Source: a virus
DNA: 64,000 nucleotides
IMG/VR virus record: IMGVR_UViG_3300036790_000178
Location: 1 to 64,000 of that record
Reading direction: 5' to 3' (one strand)
Shown here piece after piece: positions 37,091-46,895 of the stretch. The position numbers and the translations under genes were made by a program. Numbering within the stretch: position 1 is the first letter of the stretch; the number at the start of each line of letters is the position of its first letter. The notes beneath the pieces were generated by a model. The model saw only the letters and a program-made list of their open reading frames with translations. It made no database searches and had not been told where the DNA came from.

Positions 37091-37723
37091 TTAGATCTGA
37101 AGGACCACGACGGAGCCGGCCTGATTCCAGGTGGCTTGTCCTGCCCCGGGGTTGTTCGGCACCACAATCCAGGAGTTGCCGATCTGCACGTCGATGATCT
37201 TCGCGTTGCCGTTGCTGGGACCGGGGATCGCGCCCGCATTGGCGCCCGAGTTGGTGAAGGGGATCACCACCTGGTTGGTGTAGTCCCAGGACAACTGCAC
37301 GTTGTCGAGGCCGTTGAGCAGCGCGGCGGCATTGGCAGAGGAGATCGGAAGGGCGATGCAGGCCCCGGAGCCGAACTCGTAGAAGCTCATCCCCATGCCG
37401 GGCGAGGCCAGCGGGACGGGCGACTGCGGGGTCTGCACGGGGGCGGCCGACTGGTCCCACACGGCGAAACCGGTGAGATTCGCAATGGCCGTTGCGATCG
37501 CGAGCTGCGGGCCGAGCATCGGCGAGGCTGCCGCCTGCACGCTCGCGCTGACGCCGATGCCGCCGTAGACGAGGCCGGTGACGGCCGCGGCGATGAAGCC
37601 TGCGCGCAGCTTGTAGCGGGAGGCGGGATCGGGGTACGCGGCGCCCGCGATGTAGCCGTCGGTCGAGACGCCGAAAGTCCCGCTGGCGAAAGTGGTCGGC
37701 AGCGGGTTCAAGGTGATGGACAT
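37091..37723 (-). CDS. Capsid decoration/cement protein
   Basis: TPQSPVP, GSGA.I, SWD...Q; upstream of the capsid gene. Confidence 0.7.
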   Translation of the reverse strand: MSITLNPLPTTFASGTFGVSTDGYIAGAAYPDPASRYKLRAGFIAAAVTGLVYGGIGVSASVQAAASPMLGPQLAIATAIANLTGFAVWDQSAAPVQTPQSPVPLASPGMGMSFYEFGSGACIALPISSANAAALLNGLDNVQLSWDYTNQVVIPFTNSGANAGAIPGPSNGNAKIIDVQIGNSWIVVPNNPGAGQATWNQAGSVVVLQI

Positions 37724-37753
37724 GTGATTCTGGCTCCTGGGGTGGGGGTGAGA

Positions 37754-38536
37754 TCAGTGCGAGCGGAAGTCGCGGTTGATCTTCCCAAACTTGGTTGCGC
37801 CGCCCATAAACCGGCTCCACGTGACGGCCGGATCGCCGAACCATTTGGTAATGGTGTGACCGGACTCACTTCGCGTGACCTGCTTGCGAAGCGGGCCGCC
37901 GACCGTGATGTTGGCGCTCGAGGCCTCGACCGCATCGTTGACGATCGTCTCCTCGATGACCGAGAACGCCGCGGAGTCGTTGACCAACACGCCCAGGTTC
38001 GATTCCTTGTAGACCTTGCTGTGCGGCTTGATCTTGCCGAGCAGGCGCACGCGGTAGTCGCTCAGCGTCTCCCCATTCAGTGCGTGCGGCGCCGGCCCGT
38101 AGTTCCAGGCGTGATACGCCGCATCGGCTCGCATCTGCACCTCGGCGAAGCGGCCCTTGTCCTCATCCGACAAAGAGGCGGGACGGGTGCGCTCGAGCTC
38201 GGAGATGCGCTGCAGTACCTCGGCGGGAATGGCGCGGGAAGCAGCATCGGCCTTCTCCTTCTCCTTGCGCGCCTCCTCTTCGGCATCCGCGCGAGCCTTG
38301 TCCGCTTTCTCCTTCTCGGCCTTCTCCGACGCCTCGGCATCGGCGCGGGCCTTGTCGGCCCGATCCTTCTCCTCCTTCTCCTTGCGCTCATCCGCATCTT
38401 TGCGGACGGAGTCAACGCACGCCTTCATGTCGGCGGCGTCGGCGCGATCCTTCTTGTGCTCGGTCTCGATCGAATCGATGCGAGCGTTGATGCTATCGAG
38501 CTTCGTCAGGACCTTGTCCAGCTTGTCTTCGTCCAC
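37754..38536 (-). CDS. Scaffold protein
   Basis: Charged coiled-coil with KADKARADAE repeats; GET...YR.RL. Confidence 0.7.
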   Translation of the reverse strand: MDEDKLDKVLTKLDSINARIDSIETEHKKDRADAADMKACVDSVRKDADERKEKEEKDRADKARADAEASEKAEKEKADKARADAEEEARKEKEKADAASRAIPAEVLQRISELERTRPASLSDEDKGRFAEVQMRADAAYHAWNYGPAPHALNGETLSDYRVRLLGKIKPHSKVYKESNLGVLVNDSAAFSVIEETIVNDAVEASSANITVGGPLRKQVTRSESGHTITKWFGDPAVTWSRFMGGATKFGKINRDFRSH

Positions 38537-38623
38537 AGGTTGTTACCTTTGGGTGATACGCGGCAATGCCGCACCGATGGCGCACGCCGCGCGGTGTGCG
38601 TCAGAATTGGGAGGAGAGAGAAT

Positions 38624-39787
38624 TTAAGCGCAGCGCGCGTTGATTTCGCGCGTGTAGAGTCTGTCGAGAATGACATCGAGCGGGTCGAGTTGCTGAGAGT
38701 CGATCACGGCATCGACGCCGTAGGGCTCGAGCCCCTTATCCCATACGCCCGCCCCTCCCGGGGGGATCAGGGCAATGTGATCCAACAGCCGCGGCTTCCC
38801 CTCGATGAGAAGATGCGAGCCATCGTCGAGCTTCTTCGAGATGCTGGTATGGAGCCGCACGCCGGGCGAAGTCGACCAGAGCTTGTCATTCGCCAAAGAC
38901 TCCGCCGTTTCCTGATCGTAGATCTTGGCGACGCCCCAGACCTCGTCATCCCTGATGAACGGCAGCATCACGCTGCCCACCGTGCGGCTGCTGAACTCCT
39001 TGGAGTTGAGCATCCGACCTTTCGGGTGCTCCCAGATCACGATGAGACCCTGGCAGCGCTGCAGGAACTCATCGTTCAAATAAATCGAGGCATCGCGCCA
39101 GACGTACTCGTCGAGTCCGGACCGATAGGCCGCGCCGGTGCCGGTGATCCGGATCGCGACGAGCAGCACGTTGTCGTACTGCTGCGGGCTCACGAGATCG
39201 CCGGTCACGATCGCCTTGGCGATGCCGAGCTCGTCCATGGCGAAACGCTTCAGCGCCACAGCTGCGCCGGGATGCAACGGCAGGCTCGAGAGCGCGACGG
39301 TGATCGGCGCCCAGGTGAAAAGGTCGTGCTCGGCGTTGAGCTTCGGAATGAACTTCTCCGCCCGCGCGACGAAGTTGGTGAAGTCGACGCCGTCTTTGAT
39401 GCGGCGCGTCCATACCGTCAGAGGCCCGCTGTAGTCCATCGCGGTCTCTTCGATCGTCTCGCGACGCGCGCACTCCTCGGCCGACTCGTCTCCCTCGAGG
39501 CCGCCGCCTGGGAAGGCCCACTCGCCGGCATGGTCTCGTCCGGTGCGGCGCATCAGCAGGACCTGGCCGTCCTCAGCGACGAAGAGAATCCCCGCGGCGC
39601 GCAGCGGCTCACCATCCGCCGGCGGCGCCGAAGGCGAGAGGTCGCCAGGCTGACCGGCATCGGTCTCGTCCCCGCGTTGCTTCGCGTACGCGATCGCGAC
39701 TGCCTGCTCCTGCGGCTTGCCGGCCTCGATCTCGGTTTTCACGTTCTGCTCAAACGCGGCGCGCGATTTCCCAGACTCAAGCGGCAT
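38624..39787 (-). CDS. NUDIX hydrolase fused to DUF2213-like prohead protease
   Basis: Nudix box GGGLEGDESAEECARRETIEE; IRITGTG..YR, EHP, STSP.V, LLDHIA...GVWDK. Confidence 0.85.
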   Translation of the reverse strand: MPLESGKSRAAFEQNVKTEIEAGKPQEQAVAIAYAKQRGDETDAGQPGDLSPSAPPADGEPLRAAGILFVAEDGQVLLMRRTGRDHAGEWAFPGGGLEGDESAEECARRETIEETAMDYSGPLTVWTRRIKDGVDFTNFVARAEKFIPKLNAEHDLFTWAPITVALSSLPLHPGAAVALKRFAMDELGIAKAIVTGDLVSPQQYDNVLLVAIRITGTGAAYRSGLDEYVWRDASIYLNDEFLQRCQGLIVIWEHPKGRMLNSKEFSSRTVGSVMLPFIRDDEVWGVAKIYDQETAESLANDKLWSTSPGVRLHTSISKKLDDGSHLLIEGKPRLLDHIALIPPGGAGVWDKGLEPYGVDAVIDSQQLDPLDVILDRLYTREINARCA

Positions 39788-40622
39788 ACGCCGGGCTCCT
39801 CAAGTGTTTGCGCGCCTCGAGGAGCGCTTCTTTACCTTTCGCAGTGATCATCTCTGCGGGCAGGTCACGCAGCGAATAACCGTATTCGTAGTAGCAGGAG
39901 CAGAACACCGGGCCGCCCGGCGCATCGACCTGGTCGGTGTACTTGTGTCCGGCCAGCTTGATCAGGTCCTTGCGCAGCGCCCAGTTGTCGCGGATCACGA
40001 AGATCTCGCCGTCCATTGCGAGATGTTCCGGACGGGACTGGTAGCCCGCGCTCGGATGGATGTGCCGCCAGGTGCCGACGATGGCGCCGCCGTCGACGGC
40101 GATGATGTCGTTCAAGGAGCTCGCGAGCTTTCCGCCCTGGTCGATCACGACGCGTCGCTCCTCGAACGGAAGGCCGGCGATTGATCGGCGCACCTTCTGC
40201 GCCTCCTCGCCCCTCTTCACGACATCACTGCCGCCCGCGGGGATCGAGGTCGCCCAGCCCGAGAAGCGCTGCAGCGTTCGCTGAATCGAGGCCTCGCGGT
40301 TCAACTTGATCAGGTTCGCCGAGGCGAGGATGCGTCGATCGAGTTCGGCCCGAAGTTTCGGCGTCAGCATCTGCACCGTGAAATTGCTGACGCCTGGCTG
40401 CACCTTGGCGAGCCGGCCCGTGGCGAGTGTGCGGGAATAGGTGCGTTCCAGCACGTCCCGCAGATTTCGCTCCAGCACCGATGCCGGCACCAGGCATTCC
40501 ACCGCCGCGGCGCGCAGCTCGCGCATCCACCGCTCGACGCGCTCCTGGCTGTCGAAGCCGTGCTCAGAGAGGTCGGCGATCGCGGCGGAGATGACCTCGT
40601 AGAAGCGGGCTCGATTAGCCAT
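39777..40622 (-). CDS. Minor head protein (SPP1 gp7/MuF-like)
   Basis: IDQG.KL, W.H, Y..R.EH...DG, PG..VFC.C. Confidence 0.8.
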   Translation of the reverse strand: MANRARFYEVISAAIADLSEHGFDSQERVERWMRELRAAAVECLVPASVLERNLRDVLERTYSRTLATGRLAKVQPGVSNFTVQMLTPKLRAELDRRILASANLIKLNREASIQRTLQRFSGWATSIPAGGSDVVKRGEEAQKVRRSIAGLPFEERRVVIDQGGKLASSLNDIIAVDGGAIVGTWRHIHPSAGYQSRPEHLAMDGEIFVIRDNWALRKDLIKLAGHKYTDQVDAPGGPVFCSCYYEYGYSLRDLPAEMITAKGKEALLEARKHLRSPAYAA

Positions 40623-42150
40623 GTGCCGCGGCCGAGAGGAGCGCTACGGCACCGCGCATCCTTTCGCGCGAACGGCCGCCGGCGCTGTCGATCTTGGCCA
40701 TGCGATGCACCTCGCCATTGGCCTCGAAATCCCGGTCCTGATCCGCCTCGTTGCGCGTCGCCCGCTTCTCGAGGTGTGCCTGCAGCTCCTCCGGATCCAC
40801 CGCGAACGAGTACGGGAAGAGCCGCTTGTTCTCGCTGATATTGTCGAGCGCCGCGGTGAGCACGATCATCTGGTTCGCGGGATCCAGCTTGTCGAAAATG
40901 GTTTCGATCAGATAGATCGAGGCCTCGAACTTCACCGAGTCGACCTTGACCTGCTCGCTCTCAGGCTCGACGAGGAGCGACGGCCACTGCGCAGAGAAAG
41001 CGCGGCACCATTCGGTGAAGGCGAGTTCGTGCGACTTCGTGCCGTACTGATCCGGATAGTTCGTCTGGATCAGCTTGTAGAAGTCGGGGCGCATCCAGGC
41101 GCGGTAGCGGACGATGTCGTCGTGCCACTCGTAATCCGGTTGCATCTCGAGCCGGACGCCATCGATGTAATTCGCGATGTTCTTGGCGTCCTCGGTGCCC
41201 TCCGCCATCCCGCCAATCATGGTCTCGTTCTCGAGGAGCTTGGCGGGCATGTCGCCTGCGGTCGCGGCGTTCTTGAGGATGTTGTTCCTGGCGAAGGTGC
41301 CGGCGCCGTCGACGTTCTGCATGTTGAGCGTGGCGACATCCTCGCTCACATCGATCTGCATGACCTGGCCGACACGGGCCGACTTCAAGAGGACCCGCTT
41401 GATGGCCGCAATCGCCGTCATGACCTTGTTGACGACCGAGCCGGGCGACTTCATCTTGGCGACGAGAAGGCCGTTCTTCGTCGCGATCATATCGTCCGCG
41501 ATCATCGTCTTGATGAACGACTTCAGCGGGAAGAGCGCGCGCTGGTACACGGAGCGGCCGGTGAACCCGAAGCCCGAATCGGTGTACGCGATGTAGATCG
41601 GCTCCTCGTTCTGCGCGACGCGGTAACGGGAGCGGTGATAGGTCTTGCCGGCGGCGGTGACCTGCGTGACCTGGTTGAAGTCAGGCGTGTTCGGCACCTG
41701 ATTCATGATCACGGAGCCCGAAATATTCAACGGGTCGAAGACGTTGAAGTAGATCGGCAGATCCCAGAGCTGGCGCATATCGAGCGGCTGGTCGGTCGGC
41801 TTATCCTTGCAGCCCAAGACCAGGGCGGAGACACCGTAGACGCGGGCCAGGCGCTTCAAGTTGAGGATGTTGGTGTCGCATTTGAGCTCGCCCCATACCC
41901 GCAGGAATTCCTGCGCGACCTCGGGAGGTGCGCCCTGCACGGTGATCGTGCGCGGCTTCCACTGCGCCATCCTGATCGGGGCCTCGGCCATCTTGGCGCC
42001 GAGCGGATGATAGAGCAGGATCAGCTTGCAGAGATCGTAGCTCGGATTCGTCCCCGGCACGATGTCATCGGCCATGAGGATCCGCATCAGCGCGGACTTC
42101 GTCGTCTCGTCGTCCGAGGCGCCGAGCTGCTCTATCGTGGCGGTCGCCAT
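40615..42150 (-). CDS. Portal protein (DUF1073-like)
   Basis: ARVYG, FDPLN, FGFTGRSVYQR, EGTEDA; follows the terminase. Confidence 0.8.
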   Translation of the reverse strand: MATATIEQLGASDDETTKSALMRILMADDIVPGTNPSYDLCKLILLYHPLGAKMAEAPIRMAQWKPRTITVQGAPPEVAQEFLRVWGELKCDTNILNLKRLARVYGVSALVLGCKDKPTDQPLDMRQLWDLPIYFNVFDPLNISGSVIMNQVPNTPDFNQVTQVTAAGKTYHRSRYRVAQNEEPIYIAYTDSGFGFTGRSVYQRALFPLKSFIKTMIADDMIATKNGLLVAKMKSPGSVVNKVMTAIAAIKRVLLKSARVGQVMQIDVSEDVATLNMQNVDGAGTFARNNILKNAATAGDMPAKLLENETMIGGMAEGTEDAKNIANYIDGVRLEMQPDYEWHDDIVRYRAWMRPDFYKLIQTNYPDQYGTKSHELAFTEWCRAFSAQWPSLLVEPESEQVKVDSVKFEASIYLIETIFDKLDPANQMIVLTAALDNISENKRLFPYSFAVDPEELQAHLEKRATRNEADQDRDFEANGEVHRMAKIDSAGGRSRERMRGAVALLSAAAHG

Positions 42151-42157
42151 GAGGCCT

Positions 42158-42535
42158 TCAGTTCAGTCCCGCGGCCCGAACGATGTCGAATTTCACGCGG
42201 GCGTAAAACACAGCCCCGTTCTGATCCGTCACCTGAAAGAGCGCCTGGTGCGTCTCGGACTGGCGTGACGCATTCACCATGGCGTTCTGAGCGGAGCTCA
42301 CCGTCACGGTATTGACCGCCGCGGGAGTGAGCGAGGTCCACGCAAGGATGTTCTCCAGGCTCTCGATGTCATCGAGCCGGTAGTTCAGGAACTTCGGAAC
42401 ATAGGAATTGCCCGCCGCATCGAACCAGGATGCCTGCAGCATGCACGCCGACTCTTCGGTAAAGGCCTCTTCCGCGGCCTGCGCGCCCGATTGCGAGATC
42501 GCGATGACTTCGGCGTATCCGTATGAGGTGGCCAT
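42158..42535 (-). CDS. Small beta-rich protein between terminase and portal
   Basis: 125-aa ORF filling the gap. Confidence 0.6.
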   Translation of the reverse strand: MATSYGYAEVIAISQSGAQAAEEAFTEESACMLQASWFDAAGNSYVPKFLNYRLDDIESLENILAWTSLTPAAVNTVTVSSAQNAMVNASRQSETHQALFQVTDQNGAVFYARVKFDIVRAAGLN

Positions 42536-42543
42536 TGCGGAAC

Positions 42544-44121
42544 TCAGAAGCCCTCGGGGTTGCCCAGTGACATCGCGATACCGTAGCTCCAAGCATCCAA
42601 ACAGTCGTCCGCCTTCATGTCCTTGTCGCCTGGGACGAAGGCGAGGATCTGCGACAGCAGGTGGTTACGATTCGAATCCTTGTAGACCACGGTCTTGTCG
42701 TGCGCCTCCTGGCATATCACCACCTGGCCGGCATACACGTAGCTCTCGATCGAGAGGCAGCGCTCCGACTTGCCCATCTGCGTGAGCTTGGATTCGATGG
42801 CATGGGCGTCCCAGTTGCTATTCCTCGCATGCTGCAGCGCGATCGTCCCGGACGCGCGGTCTTCGATGAAGACGCCGATCGATCCCTCGATGGCGCCGCA
42901 TTCTCGAGAGAGTTGCTCCAGCCGCTCGTAAACGCTCGGCAACCACTGCGGCAACATCACGCCCTCCAGCTGCGTTAGATGCCAGTCGAGGATGCAGAGC
43001 GAGACCCCATCCTGCCCGGTGTGCGGCACGAAATGGCGCGTATATCCCCAGTACACAACGGCAAGTCCGTCGTGCTCCTTGCCGGTCTTGTTCGCGGAAT
43101 CGATGGTCGCGAACACGCAGGAGACGTGCTTTGGTCGATCGACGGGCCGTCCCTCGTGGAGCAACATCTCGAGCTTGAAGTGCGCGCCCTCAACGGCGCG
43201 GGGGCGCTGCTGGTAAAGCGAGTTCCACGTCCGTGGGATCCGTTCGTGAGCGCGCCAATGCTCGCGATCGAACCAATCCGCCCAGAGATATTCTCCGAGC
43301 TGCCGCTTCAGCGGATCGGTGGTCGTTTCGCACTTCGCCTGCAGGCAGAGCACTTCCCACTGCCTGCCGTCGCGGCATTCGAAAATTCCGCTGTCGCCGT
43401 TCCAGTCCTCGGGAAGGATTCGCCCGGCGATGTCATCATGCGCCCATCGCGTCATGATGAGCACGAGCCAGCCCCCGGGCACGAGACGCGTCGAGATATC
43501 GTCCGTGTAGGCTTCCCAGGTCGTCAGCTGGACGTTCTCGCTCTGGGCTTCCTTGCGTCCCTTCACCGGGTCATCGATCACGGCACCATCCGCTCGGTAG
43601 CTCGTGACAGATCCCAGGATGCTGGTCGCGAGGTACTCGCCGCCGTTGCTGAGTGAGAACTGCTCCGCGGCGCTTGATTCCTGAGAGAGATCGGCGCCGA
43701 AGATCCGTCGATACCGCGCCTGGCGGATGATGGAGCGCGTCCTTCGTCCCATGCGCTTCGCCGGCAGATCGCCGTAGCTTGCGAGCAGCAACCGCCTACC
43801 AGGTACGGCACCGAGGTAGTGGCTGGGGAACACCACCGAGGCGTAGCTCGTCTTGGCCGAGCCCGGCGGCGCGAAGATCAGTAACCGGCCGTAGCGCCTC
43901 GCCGCAGTGCGGGCCATCGCCTCGAGGATGATGACGTGGTGCGGCGCGAGGTTCGTCTCGACCGGCGCGAATAGTTCGCAATCGGGGTCGTCGGGATCAT
44001 CCGATAGCGGACGGCCCGGGACTTCGATGATCCCGGCATAGGTGACGACGTCAGTTCGGGCCCGCCGGCGGTTTAGCAGGTGCTGGGCGGCCGCCTGCGG
44101 CGATAGCTGCAAGCTCTTCAT
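42544..44121 (-). CDS. terL: Terminase large subunit
   Basis: APPGSAKT Walker A, VIDDP, MTRW..DD, LYQQRP, IED.ASG, DD.LDA. Confidence 0.93.
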   Translation of the reverse strand: MKSLQLSPQAAAQHLLNRRRARTDVVTYAGIIEVPGRPLSDDPDDPDCELFAPVETNLAPHHVIILEAMARTAARRYGRLLIFAPPGSAKTSYASVVFPSHYLGAVPGRRLLLASYGDLPAKRMGRRTRSIIRQARYRRIFGADLSQESSAAEQFSLSNGGEYLATSILGSVTSYRADGAVIDDPVKGRKEAQSENVQLTTWEAYTDDISTRLVPGGWLVLIMTRWAHDDIAGRILPEDWNGDSGIFECRDGRQWEVLCLQAKCETTTDPLKRQLGEYLWADWFDREHWRAHERIPRTWNSLYQQRPRAVEGAHFKLEMLLHEGRPVDRPKHVSCVFATIDSANKTGKEHDGLAVVYWGYTRHFVPHTGQDGVSLCILDWHLTQLEGVMLPQWLPSVYERLEQLSRECGAIEGSIGVFIEDRASGTIALQHARNSNWDAHAIESKLTQMGKSERCLSIESYVYAGQVVICQEAHDKTVVYKDSNRNHLLSQILAFVPGDKDMKADDCLDAWSYGIAMSLGNPEGF

Positions 44122-44560
44122 CAGTGAGATCGTCGACGCCTCGCGGCAGGAGTGGGGTGCCGTTCTTGCCTGTCAGCTCAACCCTCTCCGTACCTACGAC
44201 TCCGCATGCCTTCGCCAGCAGCTCGTTCGCGCGGTTCGCGCCCGCAGAGTCGAATTGATATTCGCCGGTGGGTTTGCCGTCGCGATCGCGCACGGGTTCG
44301 GCGGTCATGCAGCGAAGCTTGATTTCCTTCGCATCGAGGAGGACCTGCAGCCGGGTGATGCCAGCCTCCTCTGCGGTCAGTTGCTCGAGTTCACGGATCG
44401 CCGCGCCCACCTGCGGGATCTGCTTCCATCGCCAGCCCTGCTGTTTCGGGCAGCGCGCGCGGGGCCGCACCAGCCTCACGGCTTCCGCGGCGGTGCGGCC
44501 CTCCGCGATCGCCTCCGCAAAGCGTTTCAGGCGCGCCGGAAGCTTGAGATAGTTCTCCAT
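44051..44560 (-). CDS. terS: Terminase small subunit
   Basis: N-terminal HTH; FDSAGANRA.ELL; VELTGKNG. Confidence 0.85.
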   Translation of the reverse strand: MENYLKLPARLKRFAEAIAEGRTAAEAVRLVRPRARCPKQQGWRWKQIPQVGAAIRELEQLTAEEAGITRLQVLLDAKEIKLRCMTAEPVRDRDGKPTGEYQFDSAGANRANELLAKACGVVGTERVELTGKNGTPLLPRGVDDLTDEELAAIAAGGRPAPAKPPAGPN

Positions 44561-44572
44561 CTTGGAGCCAGA

Positions 44573-44764
44573 TCAGCCCGCGTGTCCGAACCGCGGTGTC
44601 CGCACCATGCCGCTCGTCGACTGGCCGGACTGTGACGGCCAGAGCGTGCGGACCTGGTGGCGCATGGCTGCGCGCTGGATGGCTGCCTGCGCGACGGCGC
44701 GCGCATAAGCCGGCGTTTCCCGGTAGGGGACGTTTTCGAGGTCGCGGTACATGGTGGGGGCCAC
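44573..44764 (-). CDS. Small hypothetical protein
   Basis: Co-oriented 63-aa ORF. Confidence 0.35.
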   Translation of the reverse strand: MAPTMYRDLENVPYRETPAYARAVAQAAIQRAAMRHQVRTLWPSQSGQSTSGMVRTPRFGHAG

Positions 44765-44841
44765 GGCAAAAGGCGCCCGTCGCCCTGGTGGGCGCGAGCG
44801 GAGGTCTGGGTAGAAGGCGTCAACAGACGCGGAAGCGCGGC

Positions 44842-45201
44842 CTACGCGGCACGTACGGCGCTACACCTGAGAATTCTGGTTCTGGGAACGGTGATCTCGA
44901 CGTTCACGCGCGCGACGCTTCTTCGGCCGAGAGAGTCGGTAATTTCACATTGAGCTACGCCAGATGCCCTGCGGGAGTCGAGCATGGCAAATGCTGTTTC
45001 GGCTTCAAATGGAGAAACAATCGCGAGTCCCGATCCGCCGGAAACCCAGGACCACTGGTAGGTGTATGGGTTGAAACCGAACGGCAGTGTTGCTGCCTTC
45101 CGTGTCGGCGGCACAATCACCGGATCGATCAGGCCGCGCCATGGTACGAGTGGCGCTCCGGCTGCGCCGGCAAGCGGGCTAATGAAGCCGCGGCGGTTCA
45201 A
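44842..45201 (-). CDS. Twin-arginine-motif protein with one Ig-like repeat
   Basis: TTG start with TTGA overlap and GGAG RBS gives MNRRGFIS; domain resembles the repeats of 21404-23551. Confidence 0.65.
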   Translation of the reverse strand: MNRRGFISPLAGAAGAPLVPWRGLIDPVIVPPTRKAATLPFGFNPYTYQWSWVSGGSGLAIVSPFEAETAFAMLDSRRASGVAQCEITDSLGRRSVARVNVEITVPRTRILRCSAVRAA

Positions 45202-45449
45202 TCGTTGCTCCACGTATCGACGTGCCGATGACGGCACTCGACGTAGGTGTCTTTGTCGTTGCTGCCGGCGTAGTAGATACGGCCGGCGCTCGTGAGCGGC
45301 ATCATGCCGGCGGCGCCATACTCAAGCTGCATCTGGTGCTGGCAGTCCGCGAGCGACGCATAGACCGGTGGAGGCGGGTCACTCGGTAGGTACGTGCCGG
45401 CCGGTTGGCACTGGCCGTAGACGCACATGAAGATCGCCCAGATGGTCAT
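45198..45449 (-). CDS. Small Cys-rich protein
   Basis: W...MC...QC...YASLADC...YVEC. Confidence 0.55.
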   Translation of the reverse strand: MTIWAIFMCVYGQCQPAGTYLPSDPPPPVYASLADCQHQMQLEYGAAGMMPLTSAGRIYYAGSNDKDTYVECRHRHVDTWSND

Positions 45450-45559
45450 CGCGTTTCTTCGACGCACACGTTTCCTACGTAGGTCGCCGAGCTTTATGGG
45501 CCTGGCTGTTCGTATTGTGGGATCGCGGAGCAAAGCTCCCGGTCCATGGGGAGGCGATC

Positions 45560-46258
45560 CTAGGCCGCGTTCTCGCTTTCGTCAACTCCGCCCACCGCCT
45601 CGGCCTCGAGCTCCTCGCGCGTCGAACGCTCGACATAGGCCCTTGCGATGCCCTGCCAGCGCTCGTAACGCGACAGCGCCTCGGTGTAGTAGCGCATCAG
45701 CCGTTCCCGCCAGACATCGTCCGTGACCCCGAGCATGATGCCGTAGAGACCTGGAATCTTGGCGAACATCGGCGCGCACCAGTCGTGCGCCAGGACGACC
45801 TCGCAGAGCTCGTCCCCGAAGAACACTTGCCGGCCGGTGAAGCCGTCGACCTTGAGCGGCCATCTGTCGCGCTCCGCGATCTCCGCCACCGCCTTGCGAA
45901 GTGCACGGCAGAGATCCTCGTACACCTGGTCATCGAGGCCGAAGGAGAACATCGCGGTGAGGTACGGCGCTCCCGTGAGTCCCGAGAGCGCATGTCCCAA
46001 CTCCACGTGCGAATAGAGCTTAGGTTTCGCAACGCGCGTCTGTGTCCCCCGCACGGTCTGCGTGACGGTCTTCGCGCTCTCGAGCATCGTCCCCTTGATT
46101 GCCTTCTCATCGATCGGCCGCCCGCCGGCCAGGCGCTCCATGAGGTTGCGTCGTCGCGGTGATCCCGGGCCGTAGAGCTTGGCGCACTCCCCCGCCGCTT
46201 GGCGAAGGTCGATGCCGTGGGCGGAGGCGCAGGAAAACAGGCGTTCGATGGCTTGCAT
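45560..46258 (-). CDS. Putative late regulator (Q-like by position)
   Basis: Last large gene before the late region; no diagnostic motif confirmed. Confidence 0.45.
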   Translation of the reverse strand: MQAIERLFSCASAHGIDLRQAAGECAKLYGPGSPRRRNLMERLAGGRPIDEKAIKGTMLESAKTVTQTVRGTQTRVAKPKLYSHVELGHALSGLTGAPYLTAMFSFGLDDQVYEDLCRALRKAVAEIAERDRWPLKVDGFTGRQVFFGDELCEVVLAHDWCAPMFAKIPGLYGIMLGVTDDVWRERLMRYYTEALSRYERWQGIARAYVERSTREELEAEAVGGVDESENAA

Positions 46259-46262
46259 GGAT

Positions 46263-46622
46263 TCAAGATCCTTTCGCTGGGCATATCTCGAGCGGGGAGG
46301 TCCATACGTTCCCCTCCCATGAGATGACTGTGATGTCTTTGCCGCAATGCCGACACCGATACTGCAACGTAGTATCGCCAGGGCAAGCGGCGGCGGCCAA
46401 CTCCCACTGATGGAATCGCTGTTTCGACGGCAATGGCGCGGCGCGAAATATCGGCATCGCCTCGACATCGAGAGGTCCCATCACGAATTCCAACTTCAGC
46501 GTCATGCCACTTCCGTCGAAGTGTGTATCGACGGAAATCAGGGCGGCCTTGTCCTTATCAATCAATGCCGCGAGTTCACGCAACCGTTTGGCGTGTTCAG
46601 TCGAAAATTTTATAGTTTGCAT
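46263..46622 (-). CDS. Hypothetical protein with CxxC
   Basis: TAATG coupling; YRCRHCG. Confidence 0.55.
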   Translation of the reverse strand: MQTIKFSTEHAKRLRELAALIDKDKAALISVDTHFDGSGMTLKLEFVMGPLDVEAMPIFRAAPLPSKQRFHQWELAAAACPGDTTLQYRCRHCGKDITVISWEGNVWTSPLEICPAKGS

Positions 46623-46867
46623 TACGTTCCTTTGTGCCCGGGGGCGGCGGAGAATTTCCACGTCGGGTCTAGGGCCTTCATGCATTCATCGAGTGCGTTG
46701 CCTTGGGCCTGCAGGGCATCGCGGGCATTCGCGAGTGTGGAACTGTCGGAAGCCAAAGCGCTCATGAGTTGCTGTCTGGTATGCGTGAGCTGCAGATGCT
46801 CCTGCGCGAGGAGTGCGATGAGACAGAGTTGCATCACGACGATGATTATGATCGAAGTAGTTTTCAT
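46622..46867 (-). CDS. Small N-anchored membrane/coiled-coil protein
   Basis: MKTTSIIIIVV... hydrophobic N-terminus. Confidence 0.5.
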   Translation of the reverse strand: MKTTSIIIIVVMQLCLIALLAQEHLQLTHTRQQLMSALASDSSTLANARDALQAQGNALDECMKALDPTWKFSAAPGHKGT

Positions 46868-46895
46868 TGTGTGTGACCCCGCGTTGGGATTTCTG

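Noticed and set aside
36056-39847. 1263-aa + strand ORF, and similar long antisense ORFs (30511-32226, 40621-42315, 59601-60776)
   Set aside because: Shadow frames of GC-rich genes with clear motifs on the opposite strand
40615-42150. Anti-CBASS Acb1 function sometimes attached to DUF1073 annotations
   Set aside because: No 2H phosphoesterase HxT pair recognised; size and position indicate portal
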